A stretch of DNA of 64,000 nt from Anaerolineales bacterium (GCA_037382465.1 JARRPX010000013.1:6640-70639); one strand, 5' to 3'; shown: positions 45,131 to 56,357, numbered from the stretch's first letter. Numbers and translations are program-made. Notes: a model not told the origin generated them from the letters alone.

Positions 45131-45754
45131 ATGTCATCGTCCTCATTTCGATTTATCGTTCGAACTGGTCCAAACCCCGGCATGGTTTTCGAGCTTACGG
45201 AAGAAGTCATCATGGTGGGGCGGGATGTTACCAACGACATCGTCATCGGTGATGCGGAGATGTCACGTCAACATGCGCGATTGACACGTACTCCCGGTGG
45301 TTATGTCATCGAGGACCTGGGATCGACGAACGGTACTTTCGTCAACGGCGAGCGGCTCATGGCGCCGCGCGTGTTGAATCCCGGCGATTTGGTTGGCATG
45401 GGGGAAACCGTCACGATGACGTTCGACGCTGTCTCGCCAGAATCTGCGGAGACGGTGGCGCGTCCTCCTGCAGGCCCTGCGAAGGTAGTCCCTCCTGTGC
45501 AGCAAGCTGCACCTCCTGTCCAGCAGGCAGCGCCTCCCGTACAGCAGGCCGTCCCCCATGCAGTTGCGGCCGCACCCGCAGCCGGTGCTCCGGCTGCTGC
45601 TCCAAAGAGTCGAACCACCCTGGCTTTGGCAATGGGGGGATGTGTGGTCTTGCTGCTGATTTGTGGCGGCATCTTGTGGTTCATGCCGCTGGATTGGTGG
45701 TGTGTTTTACTCACACCGCTGCAGTTCCTTGGGTTTAGCTTCCCCGGTTGTTGA
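45131..45754 (+). CDS. FHA domain protein with C-terminal membrane anchor
   Basis: 'MVGRDVTNDIVIGDAEMSRQHARLTRTPGGYVIEDLGSTNGTFVNGERL' is an FHA domain. Pro/Ala/Gln linker and a C-terminal TM. RBS AGGAGG. Confidence 0.85.
   Translation: MSSSSFRFIVRTGPNPGMVFELTEEVIMVGRDVTNDIVIGDAEMSRQHARLTRTPGGYVIEDLGSTNGTFVNGERLMAPRVLNPGDLVGMGETVTMTFDAVSPESAETVARPPAGPAKVVPPVQQAAPPVQQAAPPVQQAVPHAVAAAPAAGAPAAAPKSRTTLALAMGGCVVLLLICGGILWFMPLDWWCVLLTPLQFLGFSFPGC
45491..45553 (+). repeat. 3 x 21-nt in-frame tandem repeat (PPVQQAA x3) inside the FHA gene
   Basis: 'cctcctgtgcagcaagctgca' / 'cctcctgtccagcaggcagcg' / 'cctcccgtacagcaggccgtc'. Confidence 0.9.
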
Positions 45755-45776
45755 ATCCACGCACCCACACACTCTG

Positions 45777-45804
45777 AGGGCGGTTCGCAGGACCGCCCTT
45801 TTTG
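45777..45804 (+). terminator. intrinsic terminator after the FHA gene
   Basis: 8-bp stem 'agggcggt'/'accgccct' followed by 'ttttgtgtt'. Confidence 0.7.
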
Positions 45805-45902
45805 TGTTAATTCCTCCATGTCAATCTCTCCGTGATGTAACGTTCAGTCGTCTTCCGCATCCATAGATATATAAAATCAAACCAACGGTAGGAGTATTGA
45901 TC

Positions 45903-46313
45903 ATGGAGATGGAAATCACTTTCCCGGGTGGATCGCGAGTGGATGCGCAGTTCGGCCCCTTTCGAGTCGAGACCGATCAACCCGTTCGAGCGGGCGGAGC
46001 GGGCTCGGCTCCGACGCCGTTTGCCACTTTCCTGGCGTCGATTGGGACCTGTGCAGGAATCTATGTTCTGGGCTTTCTGCGTCAGCGCGGAATTTCCAGC
46101 GAAGGCGTTCGCCTGATTCAGCGCATGCACTCGAATCCGTACTCGGGTATGGTGGAGGAAATCGATCTGGACATCATCGTGCCGCCTGATTTTCCGCAAA
46201 AGTATTACGAGGCGCTGGCCCGCACGGCTGAATTATGTGCGGTGAAAAAACATTTCGAACACCCACCGAGTTTTAAAGTGGCGACGACGGCGGCCCAGCC
46301 GGTTGTTTCCTGA
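45903..46313 (+). CDS. OsmC-family peroxiredoxin-like protein
   Basis: 'APTPFATFLASIGTCAGIYV' and 'AELCAVKKHF' are the two conserved Cys regions of OsmC/Ohr. ATG is 8 nt after GGTAGGAG. Confidence 0.8.
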   Translation: MEMEITFPGGSRVDAQFGPFRVETDQPVRAGGAGSAPTPFATFLASIGTCAGIYVLGFLRQRGISSEGVRLIQRMHSNPYSGMVEEIDLDIIVPPDFPQKYYEALARTAELCAVKKHFEHPPSFKVATTAAQPVVS

Positions 46314-46349
46314 AGAAAAATGCGGCTACAATCTAGAGTGGAGGTCGCC

Positions 46350-47156
46350 ATGGGGAGAAGACTGTCCACTTTGATCCGTGTATGGGCCGGATTGCAGCTT
46401 CTGCTGGTGGGATGCGCCCCGGAAACCCGGACGCCATCAGCGCTAATCGAGAGCGACCAGACGCCGGGTGTTGAAGACGAAGGTGTCGACGCGCTTGCGA
46501 CGGACGAGTCGGCTGGCTATGCGGCAGCGCGTGAAAGGATGGTCCGAGAGGGCATCATTGCACTGGGAGTCGAAGATGAAGCCGCAATCGAGGCGATGGG
46601 GATCGTACCGCGGCACGAATTCGTTCCCGACGAGTACCTCGAATTGGCGTACGCCAATCATCCGCTGCCCATCGGATACGGCCAGACGATCTCGCAGCCT
46701 TACATCGTCGCCTTGATGACCCAGGAATTGAAGGTAAGCGAGGGGGATCGCGTGCTGGAAATCGGGACCGGATCGGGGTATCAGGCGGCTGTGCTGGCAC
46801 AAATGGGGATAACCGTGTATTCGATTGAAATCATCGGTCCCCTCACCGAAGCAGCAGCACAGCGGCTGGACGAGCTTGGATATACCGACGTACACGTGCG
46901 CCACGACGACGGTTATTTTGGCTGGGAAGAAGAAGCACCGTTCGATGCCGTCATCGTCACCGCAGCCCCGGATCACGTACCACAACCGTTGCTCGACCAA
47001 CTCAAGATCGGCGGTGTCCTGGTAATCCCTGTCGGCCCGGTCGGCGGGTATCAAGAATTGTGGCGCATCGTCCGGGTTGGTGAGACGGAGTATCAATCTG
47101 TGAGTCTCGGCGGGGTGCGTTTCGTGCCGCTAACGCGCGATGTGCGGGAAGAGTAG
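46350..47156 (+). CDS. pcm: protein-L-isoaspartate O-methyltransferase with lipoprotein-type signal peptide
   Basis: 'VPRHEFVPDEY', 'GYGQTISQPYIVALM', 'VLEIGTGSGYQAAVLA'. N-terminus 'MGRRLSTLIRVWAGLQLLLVGC' contains a lipobox. ATG is 5 nt after GTGGAGG. Confidence 0.88.
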   Translation: MGRRLSTLIRVWAGLQLLLVGCAPETRTPSALIESDQTPGVEDEGVDALATDESAGYAAARERMVREGIIALGVEDEAAIEAMGIVPRHEFVPDEYLELAYANHPLPIGYGQTISQPYIVALMTQELKVSEGDRVLEIGTGSGYQAAVLAQMGITVYSIEIIGPLTEAAAQRLDELGYTDVHVRHDDGYFGWEEEAPFDAVIVTAAPDHVPQPLLDQLKIGGVLVIPVGPVGGYQELWRIVRVGETEYQSVSLGGVRFVPLTRDVREE

Positions 47157-47239
47157 CGTAAATCGGGCGTCGAAACGAATGCCACGCAGATTCTTCTTGC
47201 TACGTTTTTACGCCGTTTTGTTTTTCAATTGGGTTGATC

Positions 47240-49645
47240 TCAACCTGCGTGTTTCCTCAAACCCGGTATGGACAGCCACGCTCCGAAATATGCCAGCGCT
47301 CCGATGTAGAACGTGACGCTGAAACCGGCGTCCAGCGCGATCATTGCCGCGGCGACACCGCTCAGCCCGGAAACTGCACCGTTGACGGCCCAGGCCCAGG
47401 GCGTCGCCCCTGGGGAGCTTTCGTGCAAGATTCGCAATCCACTGGCGAACGGGATTCCCATGAGCAGTCCACAGGGAATTAATGTGGCTGCGAGCAGGAT
47501 CATGCGTGCGCCAAGCGGCCAGGCGAGGCTGACGGGGATGATACCGGGGAGGACGACGTTCGTGGCGATCAAGACGCCGACGAGGGAAAGCAGACTGTAT
47601 CGAAGTGGGACTCGTGGTGAAATGAAGCTCCCCAATCCGGAAGCAAGCAGCAGCGTAAAGAGCGTTATCGCCAATGCGAAAACTGGGCGTTCCAACGGAA
47701 GCGCAAGCCGCTGGATGAGAGGAATTTCCACCAGCATGTATCCGGCACCCAGGCAGGCAAAATAGAGCATGGCTCGATTGGCGGGGAGCGTGTTTCGCTG
47801 TCTCTTTCTGCTGGCGATCCACGCGGGCATGACGATCATCGGAACCGCCAAAACCAACATCAAAGCCAATAATGCCAACAACACGAGATAACCGCTTCCG
47901 CCGAAGGGCTGCCACGTCAGCCCCAGTGACGCCAGCACTTCCGGAGTCTGGCGCCAGCGGAAGAAGTGATAGAAAAACGGACGGTCGTCGGTCGGTGGAC
48001 GAAGGTCGAAGTCATAGCTTCCGATTGCGGCTTCCGGTGTTTCGAGAATGGCGAGATAGATTTCGTGGTATACGTCTTCCGGCAGGCGATTGTGGCGGTT
48101 TAATTCCTCGGATTGAAGATCCGGCAGATAGATGGGATCGAAACCATTCCGCTCGAGAAACGACCGCGCGGCTTCCAGCTCCGCTCGTGTGTATGGCCGG
48201 CGCGCACCGATGATCGTCGCCGTCCGCATGCCCCGATAGGCGATCAGTCTTCCGGAAAGGTCGGCCGCATTTTCATCCCGAAACGCCTCCAGCAGAGTTG
48301 ACCAGGCCCGTGCGGATTCGCTTGGCGGGGTGCCCAGCCAACGCGTGATCACGAGCAGGCCATTTTCACTGAGCCGGCGATACGCATCGCGGAAGGATTC
48401 CGTGGTGAGGTCGAAATTTTCGGAAAGGCTGAACGCGCCCGAAGTAACGGGGCGGAACCCCTGGCTGAGGGCGAAGCAGATCACGTCGAATGCCTCGTCC
48501 GTCTTGCGCAGAATCGTACGGCTCGTTCCGGAATATACGCTCAGTTTTGGATGGAACAGGAGCCGTTCGCTAAAATCCGCGTACTCGTTCGTCAGTATCT
48601 CTCGGATCGCAGGTTCGCCGAACGCGGTGGTTACCGATCGGGCCTTTGCAGAAAGCGCGATCACGAGATCGAGACCGGCTCCGGGGGTCAGCACAAGCAC
48701 GTTGGCGTCCTGGCGAAGTTCGTACGCCAGGGAAGGCGGCATGTAGGCGGCGATATCTTCGGCTTGCGTTGACTCTGGAGAGAGTGCGTTGATCGGAGTG
48801 GGGCCGTCTCCGTCGACGAAAAGACCCGCTTGTCGCGGAGGTATGATGGGCGCGTTCAAGCTGAGTCCCGGAAGAACGTGGATGCTGCTGCTCTCCACGA
48901 CGTTCACGCGTGCGGAAGCGCTGGAATTTGAAAGGGTGATCCGCGCCGCGGGCGCAAGGCGGGCGATGGAAAGTGGTTTGTAGGGCGAAAGCCGCAACGC
49001 AAGGATTTGCGGTGTAATCAAGCCGAAGAGAACCAGCAGCGAGACCGCCGTGAGAAACAGCCACGTTACCCTGTGCGCCGAAAAGGATATTGCGGCGAGC
49101 AGGCCGAGAAAGATCGCCAACGTGATCGTGCTCTCTTCGCCGAAGGATGAAATGACGATTAATGCCAGCGGGACGCCCAGCGCCGATCCGACCAGATTTG
49201 CGGCATACGGGCGGTGTGCGTCGGCGCCGGCAGACGCCATACATGCGCCCACGCTCCAGCCGGAAAAGAAGAACGGTGCACCGGCGACGGAGAAGTACAG
49301 CAGCAGAATCCACACCTGCCGAAAATCCCAGGCAATGCTGTAGGAGTCGAACGGCAGGAAGTTGATCGTCAGATACGAAAACGCACTTGCCAGGGTGAAT
49401 GCGATCGCCAGCAGTGGAAGGGAAGCAGGCCGTCGACGGAGTGAAAGCACCAATCCGCTGGCGGCGAAGCCCATCACCGCCAGACTGACGACGACGAAGG
49501 CGAAGTGATGGAATTGTTGGATGGCGAAGAGGCGCGTCAAACCCACTTCGAAGGTCAGCGACCCTGCAGAGATCAGCATGATGCCCGTTGAGCTGCGGTC
49601 GAGGCACAGTACGCTTATCATCGCTTTCATGGTCTTCACAGGCAT
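47240..49645 (-). CDS. spermidine/spermine-synthase-like methyltransferase-fold domain embedded in a polytopic membrane protein
   Basis: About 8 N-terminal and about 7 C-terminal TM helices. The central soluble domain 'VLVLTPGAGLDL...FDVICFAL...TTESFRDAYRRLSENGLLV' resembles the aminopropyltransferase fold. Confidence 0.55.
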   Translation of the reverse strand: MPVKTMKAMISVLCLDRSSTGIMLISAGSLTFEVGLTRLFAIQQFHHFAFVVVSLAVMGFAASGLVLSLRRRPASLPLLAIAFTLASAFSYLTINFLPFDSYSIAWDFRQVWILLLYFSVAGAPFFFSGWSVGACMASAGADAHRPYAANLVGSALGVPLALIVISSFGEESTITLAIFLGLLAAISFSAHRVTWLFLTAVSLLVLFGLITPQILALRLSPYKPLSIARLAPAARITLSNSSASARVNVVESSSIHVLPGLSLNAPIIPPRQAGLFVDGDGPTPINALSPESTQAEDIAAYMPPSLAYELRQDANVLVLTPGAGLDLVIALSAKARSVTTAFGEPAIREILTNEYADFSERLLFHPKLSVYSGTSRTILRKTDEAFDVICFALSQGFRPVTSGAFSLSENFDLTTESFRDAYRRLSENGLLVITRWLGTPPSESARAWSTLLEAFRDENAADLSGRLIAYRGMRTATIIGARRPYTRAELEAARSFLERNGFDPIYLPDLQSEELNRHNRLPEDVYHEIYLAILETPEAAIGSYDFDLRPPTDDRPFFYHFFRWRQTPEVLASLGLTWQPFGGSGYLVLLALLALMLVLAVPMIVMPAWIASRKRQRNTLPANRAMLYFACLGAGYMLVEIPLIQRLALPLERPVFALAITLFTLLLASGLGSFISPRVPLRYSLLSLVGVLIATNVVLPGIIPVSLAWPLGARMILLAATLIPCGLLMGIPFASGLRILHESSPGATPWAWAVNGAVSGLSGVAAAMIALDAGFSVTFYIGALAYFGAWLSIPGLRKHAG

Positions 49646-49678
49646 TGTATATCAAGTGAGTCTTGCGACAAACGCGCA

Positions 49679-49705
49679 GCGGAGCGCCCTTTTGGGGCGC
49701 TCCGC
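49679..49705 (-). terminator. hairpin terminator downstream of clpB
   Basis: 11-bp GC-rich stem 'gcggagcgccc'/'gggcgctccgc'. The trailing T-tract is weak ('gtttgtcgc' on the minus strand). Confidence 0.5.
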
Positions 49706-49729
49706 GCGGTCATGGGAAGTGGATCTGAT

Positions 49730-52336
<2,607 letters not shown>

Positions 52337-52473
52337 ATTGTCATTCCTTTACTTCAACGTTGTACTTGCCCTCGCGCGCAGGATGTGTCAAGTTTGAAAG
52401 CCTGTGCTCTACGACCTGCGAGGCCTTCTCTATCAGTGTAGATAATCTGCGTATGAAGAGCGTTGGAGCAGTG

Positions 52474-52500
52474 TTAACAAGAGGTCAACACGGTTGTTAA
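52474..52500. promoter_or_regulatory. inverted repeat TTAACAA-N13-TTGTTAA in the clpB/hsp20 divergent region (candidate operator)
   Basis: Perfect 7-bp arms, read directly from the sequence. It matches neither the CIRCE nor the HAIR consensus. Confidence 0.2.
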
Positions 52501-52595
52501 TGGATTTCCAATGTCCGATTTACAACCTTCTGATAATCCGCCGGTATGCTTTTGTTGTGAAAACGATAATATCGAATAACAATGGAGGTTATCAG

Positions 52596-52997
52596 ATGGT
52601 TACGTATTATTTGGCACCAAGAAGCGCTCGACGTATTCGGCGCTATGAACCCGTCGGTTTCAATGGCGGTCGCCGGATCCCGGTGGACGTCCACGCCGAT
52701 CAGGATGGATACATCATTACCGCAGACGTGCCGGGCTTGAAAGCCGAAGACATCTCGATCGAAATCCTGGATGATGTGGTGACTTTGCGCAGCGAGGTTG
52801 AACACGAGAACGGCAATGGCAATGGGAAATACCTGCTCCGTGAACTGCGTCATGGTGGATTTACCCGCAGCCTGCAGCTGCCGACCGCTCTCGATCCGAA
52901 TGCCGCAGAAGCGAAGGTCGAAGATGGTATCCTAACCGTACGCATTCCGAAATCGGAAGATGCGCGTCCGAAGGAAATCAAGGTCGAGGCGAAATAA
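52596..52997 (+). CDS. Hsp20/alpha-crystallin family small heat-shock protein
   Basis: Start at 'MVTYYLAP' after GGAGG. Alpha-crystallin core 'PVDVHADQDGYIITADVPGLKAEDISIEI...FTRSLQLP...GILTVRIPK'. Confidence 0.9.
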   Translation: MVTYYLAPRSARRIRRYEPVGFNGGRRIPVDVHADQDGYIITADVPGLKAEDISIEILDDVVTLRSEVEHENGNGNGKYLLRELRHGGFTRSLQLPTALDPNAAEAKVEDGILTVRIPKSEDARPKEIKVEAK

Positions 52998-53013
52998 GAA
53001 ATACCATCCGTTA

Positions 53014-53050
53014 GCGACAATGGGCGAACTTCTTCGCCCATTGTCGCTTT
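53014..53050 (+). terminator. strong hairpin after hsp20, 9 nt before the rhomboid ATG
   Basis: 15-bp perfect stem 'gcgacaatgggcgaa'/'ttcgcccattgtcgc' with loop cttc, followed only by TTT and then GGAG (the rhomboid SD). Confidence 0.5.
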
Positions 53051-53059
53051 GGAGTATCG

Positions 53060-53812
53060 ATGTTTCCGATTCGCGACACCATTCGTTCCCGATCATTCCC
53101 GATCGTTACTTACACGTTGATTGCGGTCAACGTTTTTGTGTTTCTGCTCTCGATTTCTCTGGGCTCGAACGTATTCAATCAGATTGTTGGCGTTTTGGGT
53201 CTCGTACCTGCCGAGATCACCCCGGCGCGGCCGTTCGGACTGCTCACGCTGGTGAGTGCTATGTTCCTGCATGGGGGTTGGTTCCACTTGATCAGCAACA
53301 TGTGGATCCTTTTTATCTTCGGCGACAACGTGGAAGATCGCATGGGGCGCAAACGATACCTGTTTTTCTACATGCTGAGCGGAATCATGGCCGGAGTGGC
53401 GTATACCAGCGTCATCACGTTGTTCTACGGCGCGGGCTCGACTGCGTTTCAAACCCCGACCATCGGTGCAAGTGGGGCAATTGCCGGGATCCTGGGCGCC
53501 TATTTCGTTATGTATCCGCGAGCGCGCGTTACTACCCTCATACCTCTCTTCATCTTCCCCTGGTTCATAGATATTCCGGCGGCCCTGTTTATCGGAGTCT
53601 GGTTTCTTTCTCAATTGTCCTCCGGACTGATCAGTTTGGGCGCGCAGGTTGCCTTTGGTGGAATTGCGTGGTGGGCACACATTGGAGGATTCCTTGTTGG
53701 CGTCCTGCTCGGGCGCTTGTTTGTGCCGCCTACACCGAAGCGCCCTTTGCTGTATGCGCACCCTTCACCCGACGGTGGGGTTTGGTACACTATTCAGCAA
53801 CAGGATCGATGA
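53060..53812 (+). CDS. rhomboid-family intramembrane serine protease
   Basis: 'HLISNMW', catalytic 'GASGAIAGILGAYF', and 'AHIGGFLVG'. 6-7 TM helices. Confidence 0.9.
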   Translation: MFPIRDTIRSRSFPIVTYTLIAVNVFVFLLSISLGSNVFNQIVGVLGLVPAEITPARPFGLLTLVSAMFLHGGWFHLISNMWILFIFGDNVEDRMGRKRYLFFYMLSGIMAGVAYTSVITLFYGAGSTAFQTPTIGASGAIAGILGAYFVMYPRARVTTLIPLFIFPWFIDIPAALFIGVWFLSQLSSGLISLGAQVAFGGIAWWAHIGGFLVGVLLGRLFVPPTPKRPLLYAHPSPDGGVWYTIQQQDR

Positions 53813-53963
53813 CTTCGCCGTTCCGGCCGTCCGACAGCGGAATTCGTCGAACCGGTGTATAAAGAGGGGAAACTCTCGTTCGAATCTTACGTAAATACTT
53901 ATAGGGGTATTCGAACCGTAACGCTCGAGTCGTTCGATCGATGCAGATCATGGGAAGGATAAG

Positions 53964-54767
53964 ATGACAGCAGAAGATAAAGTCGTCGTCAATCCAAACG
54001 CCGCAGATCTGGAAACACTGATGACTTTGCCTGGCGTTGGTGAAGCAATGGGGCAGCGTATAATGGATGCTCGTCCCTTCGTCGATCTCGAGGACATGCA
54101 GCGCGTCAACGGCCTGGGTCCTTCGACTTTGGCTCGATTGGAACCATTCTTACAATTTGAATCCGGCGCAGCCGGAGCTCCTTCCAAAGAAAAAGTGAAA
54201 GAGGACGAGGCGATCTCGAAGCCAGGAATGCCGGTAGATGGACGGCGGCAGAAAATGGCTGCCGGACGCAAACGCTCGAGGAACAAGCGCCAACCGCTGC
54301 TTCCATTTTCACTTTCCATCACCCAAGAACAATGGGGTCTCGTAATCGTAACGGCAGGAATCAGCGTGCTGCTTTCTATCCTGTTGACTTTATCGGTCGT
54401 CGCCGGAATCAACGGCACGTTGGACATGGGAAAACATGCCGCGGTGCGTCAATTGGAAAGCCAGCTCGGCGCGCTTCAAGTCGATGTGAATGGCGCCGTT
54501 TCGCGATTGGATGCCATCAACCTGCGCCTGGAAGCGATCGAAGGCTTGAGTGGACGAGTCCAAAATGTGGAAGATCAGTTCACCACGCTGCGTGAGGATG
54601 TCTCCGGTTCGCTCGATGACGTGGCCGAGATTCAGGCACAGATCGAGCAAATCCATACCGATATCGATTTGCTGACGCAATCGATAGGACGGTTCGACCA
54701 GTTTCTCCAGGGCCTGAGACAATTGATTATGGAAGCGCTGCCGGCTTTGGAAACAACGACCCCCTGA
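53964..54767 (+). CDS. helix-hairpin-helix (ComEA-type HhH) - TM - coiled-coil protein
   Basis: 'LETLMTLPGVGEAMGQRIMDARPF...MQRVNGLGPSTLARLEPFL', a basic linker, TM 'WGLVIVTAGISVLLSILLTLSVVAGI', then ~125 aa of heptad-rich sequence. Confidence 0.7.
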   Translation: MTAEDKVVVNPNAADLETLMTLPGVGEAMGQRIMDARPFVDLEDMQRVNGLGPSTLARLEPFLQFESGAAGAPSKEKVKEDEAISKPGMPVDGRRQKMAAGRKRSRNKRQPLLPFSLSITQEQWGLVIVTAGISVLLSILLTLSVVAGINGTLDMGKHAAVRQLESQLGALQVDVNGAVSRLDAINLRLEAIEGLSGRVQNVEDQFTTLREDVSGSLDDVAEIQAQIEQIHTDIDLLTQSIGRFDQFLQGLRQLIMEALPALETTTP

Positions 54768-54787
54768 CGATTTAGGTGGAGAACAAT

Positions 54788-55684
54788 ATGGAAGAAGAAT
54801 TCGAAAGCCCCGAATGGGAAGAAGAATCTGAAGCAGAATATGAAGATGAGGACGTAAATGGGGGAGGAGAACCGAGCGTCTTTCGGCGCTTTCTCGGCTT
54901 CCTCTTGAGAATCATCGTCGTTCTCATTCTTGGAATCGGTTTGGGCGCTGCGACATATTATGGAATCCCGAAGTTGTATCGAGATTTCATCGCACCGGTG
55001 CAGGAAAATTCGCAGCGATTGGACCAATTGGAGCAGGATCTGACATCTTCGAACGAGATGATCCAAACCCAAATGGATCGACTCGATGAGCGCCTGGTCG
55101 ATCTCGAGGGGCGGCTGGCCGTTCAAGCGGAAGACCTGTCTGCGCTGGATGCTCGAGTGGAACGGCTGCGCAGCTTGCAGGACGAGCATGCGGATGAGGT
55201 CTCCGCATTGGCGCTCCTGCCGGATGATGTCGGCGAGGTTGAATTAACCATCCTGGGACTCGCGGATCGAATCGATGAGATCGAAGCGGAGCTTGATGCG
55301 CTGGGTATCCCCGCGCATCAATTCCAGTACCAACTGCAATTGGTGCGTACGATGGCGCTGCTGACGAGAGCGAGGGTATCGTTGATTCACGATAACCTGG
55401 GGCTTGCCAGTGATGACATCTCAGCGGCTGCCGACGTGCTGAACGCGATGATCGAGCAAGGAACGCCGGAGGAGATCGATACGTTGGAATCGATTGTCAA
55501 GCGGCTGGAACTGGCGCTTGACGACGTTCGCCAGTCACCGGTCATCGCCGCCGACGAGTTGGAAATTGCCTGGAAATTGCTGATCGAGGCTACGGATTAC
55601 TCTGTGCTGCCTGTGGCGACTGTGACTCCGACAGCGCAGCCCACAGAATCCGTGCCGGAGGAGGATGTCGATGGTTCCCAATGA
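54788..55684 (+). CDS. acidic N-terminus - TM - coiled-coil protein
   Basis: ATG 6 nt after AGGTGGAG, 20 nt after the upstream stop. TM 'FLGFLLRIIVVLILGIGLGAATYY' and a long heptad-rich ectodomain. Confidence 0.65.
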   Translation: MEEEFESPEWEEESEAEYEDEDVNGGGEPSVFRRFLGFLLRIIVVLILGIGLGAATYYGIPKLYRDFIAPVQENSQRLDQLEQDLTSSNEMIQTQMDRLDERLVDLEGRLAVQAEDLSALDARVERLRSLQDEHADEVSALALLPDDVGEVELTILGLADRIDEIEAELDALGIPAHQFQYQLQLVRTMALLTRARVSLIHDNLGLASDDISAAADVLNAMIEQGTPEEIDTLESIVKRLELALDDVRQSPVIAADELEIAWKLLIEATDYSVLPVATVTPTAQPTESVPEEDVDGSQ

Positions 55685-56333
55685 TGATCGTGATGAAGAA
55701 ACACGCTCGGAGCTCGATGCATCAGCCGCATCGAGTGATGTCGTGGAAAAAACTCGCGGGAAGAAGAAGACAGTAAAGAAGCCGAAACCCCCTTCCGGGC
55801 GAATGGACCGGGTCAAGGGATTCGTGCGCAAACTCTTGCTGTGGGTGATCGGTTTGGCCGTCGTTTTTGGGCTGGGCGTAGGTGTCGCCTGGTTCACGCT
55901 GGTGCGTGACATCCGCACGGAGAACAACGACCTCCAAAGTCAGGTCTCGACTCTCGAGGCGGAACGAGCAACGATTGAGGAATCCGTCCGCGCGGATTGT
56001 GACGCAAAAATCGCAGACATTCAGGCGCAGGCCGACGAGGCGAACTTGCACGTGCAGTTGGTCAACGCCTTGGTCGATGTCTCTTCGGCACGCGTCGCCC
56101 TGGGGCAAGATGACCTGGTGGGGATACGCGCTGCTCTGGCGGGCACCGATGACCGCCTGGCGAGTTTGCAGGCCGGGCTCGGTGCGGACGGAACGACGGC
56201 CGTTCAAGCTTTGCGGGATCAATTGAAAGATTTGCTGGACAATTTGGGGCAGGATCCGCTCTCCCTTGACCAGGATCTCGAGCGCCTCACCGCCAATCTG
56301 CTCGCGCTGGAGCGTTCCTTGTTTTCGGAGTAA
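55671..56333 (+). CDS. basic N-terminus - TM - coiled-coil protein
   Basis: ATG 6 nt after GGAGG; overlaps the upstream gene by 14 nt. TM 'LLLWVIGLAVVFGLGVGVAWFTLV'. The ectodomain 'LVNALVDVSSARVALGQDDL' is paralogous to the preceding 'LVRTMALLTRARVSLIHDNL'. Confidence 0.65.
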   Translation: MVPNDDRDEETRSELDASAASSDVVEKTRGKKKTVKKPKPPSGRMDRVKGFVRKLLLWVIGLAVVFGLGVGVAWFTLVRDIRTENNDLQSQVSTLEAERATIEESVRADCDAKIADIQAQADEANLHVQLVNALVDVSSARVALGQDDLVGIRAALAGTDDRLASLQAGLGADGTTAVQALRDQLKDLLDNLGQDPLSLDQDLERLTANLLALERSLFSE

Positions 56334-56357
56334 CCGGCGGGGAGTTTTACTGAGACG

